This document shows positions 1 through 12,400 of a stretch of 64,000 nucleotides of DNA, piece by piece. The stretch spans positions 10,761-74,760 of the forward strand of contig MQRK01199368.1 in the NCBI GenBank assembly GCA_001938485.1, read 5' to 3'. The DNA is from Girardia tigrina (lineage: Eukaryota). The notes below the pieces were generated by a model. It did not search any database. It saw only the letters and a program-made list of their open reading frames with translations, and had not been told where the DNA came from. The translations under genes were made by a program, and so were the position numbers. Position 1 is the stretch's first letter. The number at the start of each line of letters is the position of its first letter.

Positions 1-2011
1 ATATATATATATATATATATATCTCACGTCTGCTAATAATCTCTAGTCCGACCACAGAATGTTCAATGCGGTTTAAGACTAACTTTTGTATTTTATTTTA
101 CTATATAATCTTCTTAATCTTAATTGAAACCCAATTATTATTTCTCCAAATAATGAAATTTATATTGTATTTTAGAGAGACAGGAAGTTTGAAAACCATA
201 AATGAATGCAAAATATTTGACTTAATTAAAATAATATTTATTTTAAATAATTATTTTGCTTTATAAGAGATTGAATGAAAAATACTTAAAGCAAAATAAT
301 TTCCTGTTTATTAATTATAAATAAATCTCTACTTTTTAATTATTAAAGAGGGTGCATGACATCTTGACACAGACCATTTCAGCCCATGTAATTATTGTAT
401 ATGCATTTTGATTCAATTATTATGGGTAGTTTAGATAATTTTTACAATTTTAACGGCAATATAAATTTTACACAGTTACTTTTAATAAAAATATTTTCCT
501 TTTTTTCTAAATGATTTATAAAACATTGCTTTATTACTGTTGTAATAGTTAATAAATAAATATTATCTCTAATTGTAGTATTTATGCTAGAAAATGGAAT
601 TAAGACTAAGGTGGAAGAAGATAAAAACAACTTTTAATTTGAATAATTATTAAACAAATTCGTGAGAATTTTTATTAAGAAGATTTCTACATTCTTTTAC
701 ATAAAATATCAAGTACAAGAATTTACGGTCCCTTAACTTTTTGTTGAATAGGGGAAAATGTGTCTTTTAAGAATTAAAAGCGCCTTTTAAACCATGAGCG
801 GTCTGACATAATTTTTTTAAGCTTTGAAGTAAGGGTAAAAATAATTTAAAAATTATAGACAAGTAAATCAATGTTTTTATAATAAAAATATTTAGTATTT
901 GCATTATATTATGACCTTTCATAATTTGATGCACGTTTTTTTTCTGAAAGGCCGAAAGGTAAAATAGTTTTTACTTAATATCAAATTAATACAATAATAT
1001 TTTAAATTGTGTCTGAATGTGGTGTGTTTATTTGAGTGTGCTGAAATTGGAATTGTGATTCTGTAACCCAGTTGGAAAATTGGTATTTTATTTTATTTGC
1101 GATAACTGATCATTCTAACAAAATTTACATTTTTAAAATTAATGAAAATTTGATAATATGATAAAATTAAAATTTAAAAAGTAATAATTTAAGGTAATAT
1201 CTATTATCAGTAGTCTTTTCAAAAATTAAAATAAGCATGTTTAATGTTTTAATTAAAGACGTTTTAGAGGTTTAAATAATTTTAAATTTAGTTAATTATT
1301 TTTTAAATTTTATGAAATATTTCGAAGTTAAAATAACATTAAATGTTAGGAAATTTGTTCGAATAATCATAATTAAAAAATAGTAGATCAAAACATTAAA
1401 TTTTTCATATCCATTATTTATGCAGACTGAATTCTACTTTGCCAAAAAAAGTTTTAATTACAAAAATTATTAAAAAACACAATAAAAAATTAATATAAAG
1501 TACTTATAATTTATAAGTAGATTTTATTGCCATGGAACTCGGAATTTTCCGTTTTTTTCTAATTTTGGGATCTTAAAAAGTTTTTTTGTAATAAAATTTT
1601 CACATAATCATTTATTGTCATTGAGAATGAGTAAGTGTGCAAATTGCGGAGAAAATCGATTGAGTAACATGGCTTCAAAAATAGGTTTCTAAATTCCATG
1701 GATGTATATGTATATATATATAATGTAAGCTAATAAAAAGAATGGAATAAAAAAGCACACTAATTAGAATGGGAAACAAATGGGAAAAAACTTCTGAGAG
1801 TTATGATGACTCTAAATGTGATCGTAATAAATGTTTCCAAAGTAACTGTACCGGTGCTCTTAACAATATTACATTTAAAAATAAAAATAACCATTTTGTG
1901 CACAATTCAGATTTCAAAAACTATTAAAAGATTGACTTTAGAAATTATTGATTTTTGGTTAAATAAATTAAATCATATTTTAATTGAATTACAGATTTAA
2001 TGGATTTTTAG

Positions 2012-3196
2012 GTAGTATTGGTGTTTGGAGGATGGACAGATGGTGAAGGACCTAGAGCAGCAGCGCAAGTTTATGATCCAAGAGCTGACACTTGGACATT
2101 ATGGACTGAATTTTCCACAGAGACAAATTTACTCGGAGAAATACCCAGAAGAGTGTATGCTGGATGTGTACTTGTAGAAAAACGTGTTTATTTGATTGGG
2201 GGTTTTGACGGCACTAATGCACTTAAATCAACTCTTTGTTATGATTTTGACATAGATTCAGGCTGGTACGAAATCAGTTGCATGTATGAAAAAAGGTATT
2301 ATGTAAGTGTGGCGTATTGCAATAAATTTATTTATGCTTTGGGCGGGCATAATGGTGAAAATCAGGGAAGATTAGATACAGCAGAAAGATTTAATCTAGA
2401 GGAGAACCTTTGGCATCCAATTTCACCTATGAGACGAGTAAGATCTGACGCTTCAGCTGCAGAACTGTTAGGAAAGGTTTACATATGTGGTGGTTTCGAA
2501 GGTAGACATTACCATGATTCTACAGAATATTACGACCCGGAAACTAATCAGTGGACATTAGTCAATCGTATGTCTTCTCCAAGAGGTGGTGTTTCGTTAG
2601 TGAGACATGATAACTACTTGTATGCAATAGGGGGTAACGATGGTCATAGTCGCTTAAGATCTATTGAAAGATATGATCCAACGGTAGGAAGATGGGAAAA
2701 CGTAGGGAATATGAATAGACGTAAAAGTAATTTAAGTTCAGCTGTAATAAATGATGATATATATATTATTGGTGGTTGGTCAGATGAACCGGAATCAGGA
2801 ATATTAGATTTGGTAGAGAAATTTAATACGAATACTAAACAGAGTGTCACGGTTCATCCACTCAATTTTCCAGCAAGCGCAACTTGCGCTTGTTCAATAA
2901 AAGATAAAAATCTAGTGAGAAAATACATTAGAGTTCGTTTAAGTCAAACAAATCAGATATCGACAAATCAAAATTTTTCTCCATCTTTTTCACAATTAAT
3001 TAACCATATAGAACAACCAGATTCCAGCAACTTTATCAGTCAATCTAACAATCCTAATCAAAATCCGAATTCAAGTCCACATATCAATAGTTCAACTCCA
3101 TTTTCTCATTCAAACTCACACGAAAGATCAAATCGAAATTCCACATCAAATATTGTGACCAGATCTAGAAACAGGGCTTCCCATAGCGGTCATTAA
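2012..3196 (+). CDS. KLHL10: Kelch-like protein 10 (KLHL10)-like gene, 3' exon: six kelch repeats plus Ser/Asn-rich tail; BTB/BACK exons not seen in window
   Basis: Acceptor ttttAG at 2010-2011 opens an in-frame exon (VVLVFGGW...). Six GG-containing kelch repeats. Motifs RYYVSVA, RSDASA-ELLGKVYICGGF, PETNQWT and RLRS-ERY resemble my recollection of KLHL10. Confidence 0.8.
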   Translation, partial: VVLVFGGWTDGEGPRAAAQVYDPRADTWTLWTEFSTETNLLGEIPRRVYAGCVLVEKRVYLIGGFDGTNALKSTLCYDFDIDSGWYEISCMYEKRYYVSVAYCNKFIYALGGHNGENQGRLDTAERFNLEENLWHPISPMRRVRSDASAAELLGKVYICGGFEGRHYHDSTEYYDPETNQWTLVNRMSSPRGGVSLVRHDNYLYAIGGNDGHSRLRSIERYDPTVGRWENVGNMNRRKSNLSSAVINDDIYIIGGWSDEPESGILDLVEKFNTNTKQSVTVHPLNFPASATCACSIKDKNLVRKYIRVRLSQTNQISTNQNFSPSFSQLINHIEQPDSSNFISQSNNPNQNPNSSPHINSSTPFSHSNSHERSNRNSTSNIVTRSRNRASHSGH

Positions 3197-3527
3197 TGAA
3201 GGAATCTCATTTTTGGAATTAATTTTGGTTGATAATAACAATATCATTACTATTTTATCTAACTGTGAGCTAATTAATCGATCATTTAGTAAATTTTAAC
3301 TAATAGATTCTAGGCCTTATTCTAAATGATTTTATCTAATTAACAAAATATTAATTGTAAAAAATTTTAAAATAGTATTCAGACACGCAACGTGAACCAT
3401 AGAATCTAGAGCAACCACAGTATTAATACTAATTATTATATTTCTTTTTTTTGAAATGTAATATAATATATTTTGATATATAAATAATAAATATTAATGA
3501 TAATATTTAATCTGCATTAAAATCTTT

Positions 3528-3888
3528 TAATAATAACAAGTTATCCATTTCAAAATATATTTTTTAGAAAAAATATATTTCGACGGATCAACCATCATCT
3601 TCAGGTCACTATTTAATTAACCTATACATAAATGGAACAGTAATAACTATAGAATCGATTACATGAAATGGTCACTGTGAGAGTGTTGCGTTGACCTAAA
3701 ATCAATGTTCAATTGGCGGTCTCAACCAGCTTATTGAGAATTCTCGATTAGCACGATTTCATCCAATCTATTACAGAAACGTTATTTTTACATTTATATA
3801 TAGGTGAATTAAAGATGACGGTTGATCCATCGAAATATTTTGTCTATAAATAAAATATATTTTGGAACGAATGACTTGTTATTATTAA
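3528..3888. mobile_element. Foldback of Penelope-type terminal repeats carrying a minimal hammerhead motif
   Basis: 3528-3625 and ~3800-3888 are imperfect inverted repeats. The minus strand at 3604-3578 reads CTGAAGA-tgatgg-ttgat-ccgtc-GAAA. Confidence 0.55.
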
Positions 3889-4279
3889 TGAAAATATTAT
3901 TTATAATTAACTTAATTTGTCTTTTGTTTTATATTTGAAAAATATGTATTATATATTTAAAACTAGTAAATGTTATATTATCATATACAAGTTATATATA
4001 TCTATAAAATACAATAAAATAATAATATATTAAATATTTTTAAAAGGTCAATTTTTTAAACTAAAAATACTTACATGACTGAAAGATCCAGATATAACTT
4101 TCTTTGTATGAACATTATTTTTAAATTTATTTTTTATAGAAATAATAAATTTAAGTAAAATCTTGTAAACCTTAATTTAATATTTTTGAAAATTAATTTT
4201 GTTAAAGCTTTTTATAAGAAATTGATAATGGACTTAGTTTACAGAGTTTGTAGTTTGTCTTTCAATTTTTAAACCTCAA

Positions 4280-4850
4280 ATCATGGTTTAAATAATTTTA
4301 GAGGACATGTACACAAACAAACAGATATATCGTAACATAAAGGGTATATTGGACAAATTATGTATATAAACTCGGGATAAAAAAACAAAATAAATGAAGA
4401 AAATATTGAAGAGCACAAACAAATTATCAAAATGCTATATTCTGAAAGATTTAAAGCATTTAAGAGAATATTTGCAAGAATATATGTAGTGTCAAAGTAG
4501 TTTCAATTATATCCAAAGTTCAAAGTTTCCTTTCAAATAAATAGAAAACGATTTTTGGATTGCAAGATAATCTGGTTTATAAATTTAATTGTCACGGGTG
4601 TAAAAAACTTGTACATTGGAGAGTCAAATCGTCATTTAAAAACTCGGATTGGTGAGTATTCACAATCAAGTCGATAAAGTAAGGTTCTTGATCATTGGTT
4701 ACAGTGTAAAAATAGAATCTTTTCTATTTCAAAGGACGAGTTTTCTGTTTTACATAAGGACTTTGATTCACATTATGAGCTGCAGTTTTGTGAATCATTA
4801 TTAATAAGACACTACAACCCATTAATAAACATTCGAAATGGACAAAGTAG
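4280..4850 (+). mobile_element. Penelope-like retroelement remnant (GIY-YIG endonuclease)
   Basis: Decayed frame with YIGESNRHLKTRIGEYSQ...VLDHWLQC...FSVLH...ESLLIRHYNPLIN, the typical Penelope C-terminal GIY-YIG signature. Confidence 0.75.
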
Positions 4851-6340
4851 AGCCGTTTCAAATCCCAAAATTAAAAAAAAAATTTTTCAAACATTTTGGC
4901 ATTATTATCCAATAATATTTTTAATTAAGATTGTCGGGGTTCTTTTAGGTGATCTTTAAATTTTCGATATTTTTAAAAATCATATTTATATTTTAAATAA
5001 ATCAAAAATAATATTCGATTAATTAAAATGAAATAATTCTCTAAATAAAAATCTTTTTAAATTCTTNNNNNNNNNNNNNNNNNNNNNNNNNNNNNNNNNN
5101 NNNNNNNNNNNNNNNNAATCAAAAATAATATTCGATTAATTAAAATGAAATAATTCTCTAAATAAAAATCTTTTTAAATTCTTAAAAAGTTAATTCCATA
5201 AATAATTGATAAAATATAGATATATAAATATATTATAAATTTTATAAATTTGAAATAATTAATTGTTATAAATAATCTCTAAAATAAATATTTAAAACCA
5301 AAAGTTTTAAAACAGTTATAAAAAATATATCTTAATTAATTTAAAAAAGTTAATTCTATAAATAATTAATAAAATATAGATATATAAATATATTAAAATT
5401 TTATAATTAAAATCTCTATTAAATAATTATAAATTTAAATAGTGATTAATATTTGTGTATTTTAAAAATTCGTGATTTGTATTTCAAAAATAAAAATAAT
5501 ATTTTCTGTGTTTCAAATTTGTGAATTGTATCTTAAATTTGTAAATTGTTTTTGCAAATCTTTGTTAAAAACAAATAAAATGTTTTATTAAAGAGAAATA
5601 ATTTATAGTTTAAATTATTAATAATCACTATGTTTAAATTGAATTTTTAAAATATTTTTAAAGATCTAAATTTATGGAAAATGAATAAAATAACATATTT
5701 ATTTATTTATCGATATTATTATGTATATTTAGAATTTTTTAGATCTGGTTTATGTAATTGAAATAGTTCCTCATAAATTTGTTTCAATAATGAAAATTGT
5801 AGTATAAATAAAGTTTGCAAAATTATGAATTCTGATTTCAATCACGAACCTAATAAAGATAAATAAATAAATAATTTTTCCCTAATCATTTTAAACTAAC
5901 TTTATAAAAAAGTAACATTATAACTAACAAATATAATTGCTGTTGATGGAAAATAATTTCTGAAATATGTACAATAATCAATTTATTAAAAATGCTTAAA
6001 CAAAATCATTTTTCAAAAAAAAGTGTGTGTGTGTCAATAAAAATATTTATATTTTATCTAATTAATCTTTGTTTTATATTTTAAAAAACACAAACATTTC
6101 TTTAAAAAATTTATAAATATTATATTATCGTATATATATATATATATATATATATATTGTACAAATAAGTCACTTAACTATGGCAACATAAGAGTTCACT
6201 TGTTAACAATTAAATATCGACGACAAATGTCACAGATATATCAATATATAGCATCAGAACTTGTGACACCATCATTCATCATTCAGCTCATTAATTCGTA
6301 TAAGCTGAACTACAAAATTGATTAAGAAGTGCATTTTTCT

Positions 6341-6401
6341 ATGGAAAAATCATTCGTTGATGGAGATGAGCAAATTGATTATATTAAATCAAAATCTGAA
6401 A
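6341..6401 (+). CDS. Coiled-coil gene exon 1 (MEKSFVDGDEQIDYIKSKSE)
   Basis: ATG at 6341, donor GTAAGT at 6402; phase 1 fits exon 2. Confidence 0.65.
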
Positions 6402-9400
6402 GTAAGTTTTAGTGAAAACTTTTGTAAAATATTTTATTGTTTTATTATTTTTGCATTATTTTAAAATGATTTTATTTCAAAATTAATAGAATTTATTCCA
6501 ATTTCAGTTTCATTTTAAATTTTATTATTAAATATGGAATATTATAATGAATAACTAAATAAATATATTTTATTAATGTTTAAATAATATTAATATGAAA
6601 AAATAAATAATGTATTTTTTAAGTAAAATATGACGAACAAATGTCAAAAATGGTTTTTATTTAGAATAAATATTTTTATATCGCTGGTTTAACACTGTTA
6701 AATTGGGAATTTTACCGCCAAATGGTGTTTTTTAATTTTCGTTGCAAAATTCGACTTTCCGTAAAATATTCATATCTTACGATCTATTTAATATTTTCAA
6801 TAAAAGTTTCAGTGTTTTACTTTAAAAAGGTGTCTCCATTTAAGTACGTAGAAAGAAGTATGAACAATGTTTTAATAGTTATTTTTCTAAGTGTTTCAAA
6901 ATTTTAAGATCGGAAACCTTTATTCTGAAAATTCGTTTTTTACTCGTTCCATTATTTAAGTATGTTGGGGGGGCAACCCCTCAAAAAGTATCGAAAAAAA
7001 TGGAGGACATCTTAAGTCTTAAAATAATAGGTATCGAAAATAATTGCTAAGAATGAATATAAATTTGATTTTTAAATTAAAACGACTCAAAATTCATTTT
7101 CTTATTCATACATCATTATAGAAAAACGGCCTAAAATCCAAAATATGAAAAAATCTTTTGTTTACTAAAGAAAAAGAAAGATAACTCACCATGCGACCTT
7201 AATCCATTTGTAATGTTTGTTTGCGTTTATTCACGAATTACCCTACATACATCCATTATATATTTATTTATATTAAAATAATATATTCTAATTTGGTTGC
7301 TCTAGACCAATACCATCGGAGGAGCAATGCTCTAAGCTGCCATCTCCGGATGGTTGACCTAGAGCGATTATATACATATTTATATAAATATAAATAAATA
7401 TATTATTTATACTGAATAATAATTATATTAAAAACTTAAAATAATTAAAATATCAAATATTAAAAAAATTCAAATTCAAATAGCCGAATTAAATATTATT
7501 GACGAAAATACATAATAAAAACATCTCAAAACTCTAAGGTAATCCCCAAACTCATTTAATAATTCATCCTACGGAAATCATACTTCTAAATGGTTACAAC
7601 AAATAAATTATTCTTAAAGCTACAAACGGAAACAAGTAAATTTAAAAAGGATGTAACCATACATGCTATTATTAACTACGCGACATAGTATGCGTTGACG
7701 TCGTAATTTCTTTTGCTATTTAAATTTTTATGTGTTAGGAATAATATTAGTAATAATAAATTATTATTCAAGTTTTTTATCATTCAAATTATATTAATTT
7801 ATTTTAAATTAATTAAATGTGATTCCAATTAATTCATTTTTAATTCTCGCATTTTTTCTATTTTTGTTTTAATTATCAAATATATTTTTGGGAAACAATT
7901 TGTTTGTGAAATTCTATATTACGACTTACATGGCGAACATTTTCAGATACTGGAAATTTCTGGTTCCCGATACATACAATCGAAAGATAATTTGGAAGAA
8001 TTCATAGAAGAATGCAAAAGATTTTTTGAAGGTTCCGGAACCGATTCTCATCACAAGAGATGGAAGCAACATTTGGATATTTCATAAAAATAATGAACAT
8101 AAACAAAATATAAATATCATGTAACTTAAATTTGAAACAGTTTCACACAGAAAAAAATATAAACAAATTTGCATAATATCTTCCCACTCCTACTTTTTAA
8201 GACACATAAAATAATTTACTGAGCATGGGGAACTCTATCACCTTCGCGTACTGAAGGGCTCGAACACACAAAATCCTTCCCTTCCAGATCGTTTTCATCC
8301 TCGGTTTCTTATTATTCAACATAAATGCCATCAACTTCCACTTCCGTTAATTTTCTCCTCTCCAGTCAGAGTCTAGCCTTGGCACTTGTTTGTGGTAAAT
8401 GTTTGATGTAATCATAAGGGGCACCAGTGTTACAAAAAATTCACCCTGGACCACAGTATTGTGGTTGAGGATGCTAAATAGCTTCATTCGATCGACAACA
8501 GTGGCCACAATAACTTGGTAGAGCTTGAGGTCATGAATAGAGTACTCAAAAAGGTAGTGAGGTGGAGAATCCTCAAGTTTGAGCTGCTTCCATATTCCGC
8601 AACAATTTCTCTTAGTGTGCACTAGCGTCCTCAAAATCCGACCCTCCCCAAATAGAATTTAGATCACCGGTAGATGCAAGTTATTATTACGCAGCAGTGA
8701 TAATCTGCTATTCTTTCCTGGACTATGAAGGTAACCAAAAAAATGATTTACAGTACCGCAAACAAACTAATACCCGGTTCGAGTACTGGTGGAGGGGTTT
8801 TCATTGATGCTGCATCCGCCTTGCAGTCTTCCCGTACATGGTCCACCAGTTTGCATTTGAAAAAACTCTACCGATTGTCATCATTTTTTATTTTCATTTT
8901 CGCTGAAGCACATCTTTCGATTTAGCACATCATTTTAAGAAAATAACAGCAATTGTAACGGTATCAGTTTTTTGTATTAAAGTGTTTTTCTTCACAGCTT
9001 CCAACGAAAAGTTCCTCGGTACATCCACCGGAAGGACAAATAAGAAAGCCTGACAGGAAACTTTCCTGAAATTCTTCTCCGTGAAAAAAATCTTCGCAAG
9101 CCCCCACAAAACCGATACAAAATTTTCAATTAACGCTCTTATTCTGAGGTTTTTCGAGCGGAATTTCTCATAAGCCACTCGTGGATCAGCACCATAAGCT
9201 TCCAGGAGTAATTCTTTTACTATGTCATAATATCTTTTATCCCTGTTAGAAATTCCAGAATATATTTCAACTGCGCGTTCTTCCTTATCGTTATCGCAAA
9301 TCTCCTCAAATTTGCGGGAATGTTCGTGTGTTGTTCTGACCTACAACAATCAATGAATTACTTTAAGTGTAATTTACTTTTCATTTCCGTAGACTAAAGT

Positions 9401-12400
9401 TAATTTTTGAAAACAAATAATAATTATTCAAGCTTTCGAAAATTTTCCACAAATATTAAAAAATCAAATCTAAAAATATAATTGTGTTCCCTAAAACGAA
9501 AATATCATTAATATATAAATAATATCTTAGAGATCTTAATCCTTCAATTGTATCACTGAAGTATTAGGTAAAGAAGTCTTAATTGTTTGATCATTTAAAA
9601 ACCACAAATACATCACATTTCATAAAATGAAATTCTTACTCAATTATCAATTTTACAAGTAATTGTATATAATATTTTTAATTAAGGACATTACCATTTA
9701 ATAAATACTAGAAAAAAACCTGTCATATATGACGGGGAGCTGAATTTTTGACTTTGAAAGTTTATGTTTTAATTTTTAAATCGAAATTATTATAGTTTAT
9801 TATTTAATATTTCGGATTCTGTGTTGATTTAACAGTCAGTCAGTTAAATCGACTCCCAGAGCCTTTCAGCAAAGGAGCTGTACAGATAGAACCGTTTCGA
9901 TGCGGACTATGCAGAGCTATCTTAACTTTGAGCGGATTCACTCCCTGTTCCTTCACTATTTTACATTTTGGGGTAGTCCATAAATGACGTCACGCAATTT
10001 TAGCAGATTTCAAACCCCTTCTTTCCCTCGTCAAATTTCGTGACAGTATACATTCTCTAAATACTTCAGCATTTCGATTTGACATCACATTTCCGAACCC
10101 CCCTCCCCCAAATTAAAACTTCGTCACTAAATTCTGTCCCCCTCGCCCCCCTAATACGTGATGTTTTTATGGACCCTTTATCAGCATATGTATGATCGAA
10201 GTAAAATTTGAGCTTGACCAACAAACCGTGAATCAGATGATAACGAAATTTTGCAAATTTAACCTAAATTGATTTTTGGAAATATAATTAGTAAATAAGT
10301 GATTAAAATGGTCATTTATCAAATAAATTAGTATTTTATTGATAATTTCATAAAATTTTTCACGAAATCCGTGTAGGAATCGTTAAAATTGTCATTATTT
10401 GAAATCAGTGTTAATTTAACCATTTAACGACTTGTACGGTTTTCGATCGACTTCATCAACTTCCGGGTGTCTTTCGGCAAAGGCGCCGTACCGACAGAAT
10501 TGTATTGATACGGGCTATCCAGATTGACCATTATCTTAAATGGATTCATTCTGGTTCGTCTGCAATTTCACATTGAAAAGCGTGACCGACAAACAAACAA
10601 ACCAACACACTTTTTAGACAAATATTATATATACATAATTAAATTAACTTATAACTTGCTTAAATACTTAATATCCCAGTGTATCAAATATAATACAAAT
10701 ATAAAAAACAGCGTGCTCAAATGGGTACGCAATGTGATTTGGTTTACAGAAATGAAATCAGCTCATCAAGATTACCATTTTGATGTTTATCAAAGAAGGG
10801 GGCGATATATAGAAATACACCTAAATTGTGCCAATTATGTCAAATTACATAACTCAGAATTTCCAGATAAATTAAGTGTCACCAAAAGGAGTTTTACAAC
10901 ATATGCACTTTGATGTTGCATTTTTAATGTGAGGTGTATAATTTTGTCAATTATTACAATAACATTTTTATAATTATTAATGAAAAAGTTTCAGATCGAT
11001 TTTAGTTAATAAATAAAATTTGAACTCTTGACTTTTGTTTTAAAAATAAAACAAATGAGATATTTTTAATCAGCATATAAAATCTCCTCACTTATCCCGA
11101 AAATCCAAGTAACATTTTTTTTGGTACTGTAGCTTTTTGGACCGTGGGTGCACTCAATTATGCACAAGCATATGGCTTAGGTTTGCATATTTTTGAGTGT
11201 CTCAGTAGGCAAGGAACCTGGTGGCGCCTATCTTCTCTCCAGGTATGGATGACCGTTGACTCCAAGGAGCTCATCCACCCTTTGCTAGGTTTTGTTTTTC
11301 ATCCTGCTAGGTGTCCACACAACTCTTCACATAGGTTGCTCTGTGTGAGGCAGCCGGTTTAGGCACCAACTATTCGACCATGGGACAGGTATTACAGGCT
11401 TACATGGTACCTGTAGCAGTCAGATTGCCTGACCTGACCTGTAGTCAATGGCCCCGCGATTTCCCTATCGGAAACCCAAATAAGTACTAACGCGGCCGTT
11501 GGTTGCTTGACTTCGGAGATCGGACGAGATCCGACGTACCCAACTGCGGCCATCGACTACTACAAGTAACATAGTTGGACTGAAGCTACGTAATTTTGAT
11601 ATTTTCTATTACATCAATCCTGGATTTTTATACCATGGAACCCGGATATAAGAAACTTCCTTGCAAACCATGCTGTGTATGGGTGATTTGCTGATAGAGA
11701 GATGCTGATGTAGGAGACCCAGATGTAAGAGAAACCGGATTTAAGAGAAAGTCTAGATGTAAGATGCTCGCATTTGTTGTTGTACACCCGTATGTAAAAG
11801 AAATTACAAACTTCTTAACCAGCGGGACACGGGTAGTACTGTGTGTGTACCGTACTGTTTCTACAATTGAATTTCGTTAATAAATATAAGTACAGGGTGG
11901 CCCAATGGGTACGCAGCCTCTAATTTTTGCATATTCTAAATCTACTCGTCAAGACGAGTATTTTGATATATAACATGTGAGGTGTAAAAGGTCAAGTTCT
12001 GGAATTTTTACACCTCACATGTTATATATCAAAATACTCGTCTTGACGAGTAGATTTAGAATATGCAAAAATTAGAGGCTGCGTACCCATTAGGCCACCC
12101 TGTATATAAATATGTAAGTAAGTAAAATACGTCTTTGCAAGCTGATTTCATGTCTATATATATAAAATTGCTTAACGCACCTATTTGAGTAACAGTGAAA
12201 TTAAAATTAAATATTTACACTTTCAGTATACGTTAAAGATGTCAAACAATTTACAAAAAAGATTCAAAATGAAAAACAAAAACTTTTGGACGATTCCTTC
12301 ACTCACGTGAAGTCTTTGACACGAGATTTGGAAAATTTAAAATTACAAAACGAAGAACTCGAAGTTATTATTCAAGGTCTGTCAAAAGAAAAAGATAATC

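Noticed and set aside
5000-5183. Direct duplication on both sides of the N gap
   Set aside because: Identical sequence flanking a gap is most likely an unmerged contig overlap.
11441-11560. Functional 5S rRNA gene
   Set aside because: No oligo-T terminator; it runs into a body with poly(A) and a TSD, which makes it a SINE head.
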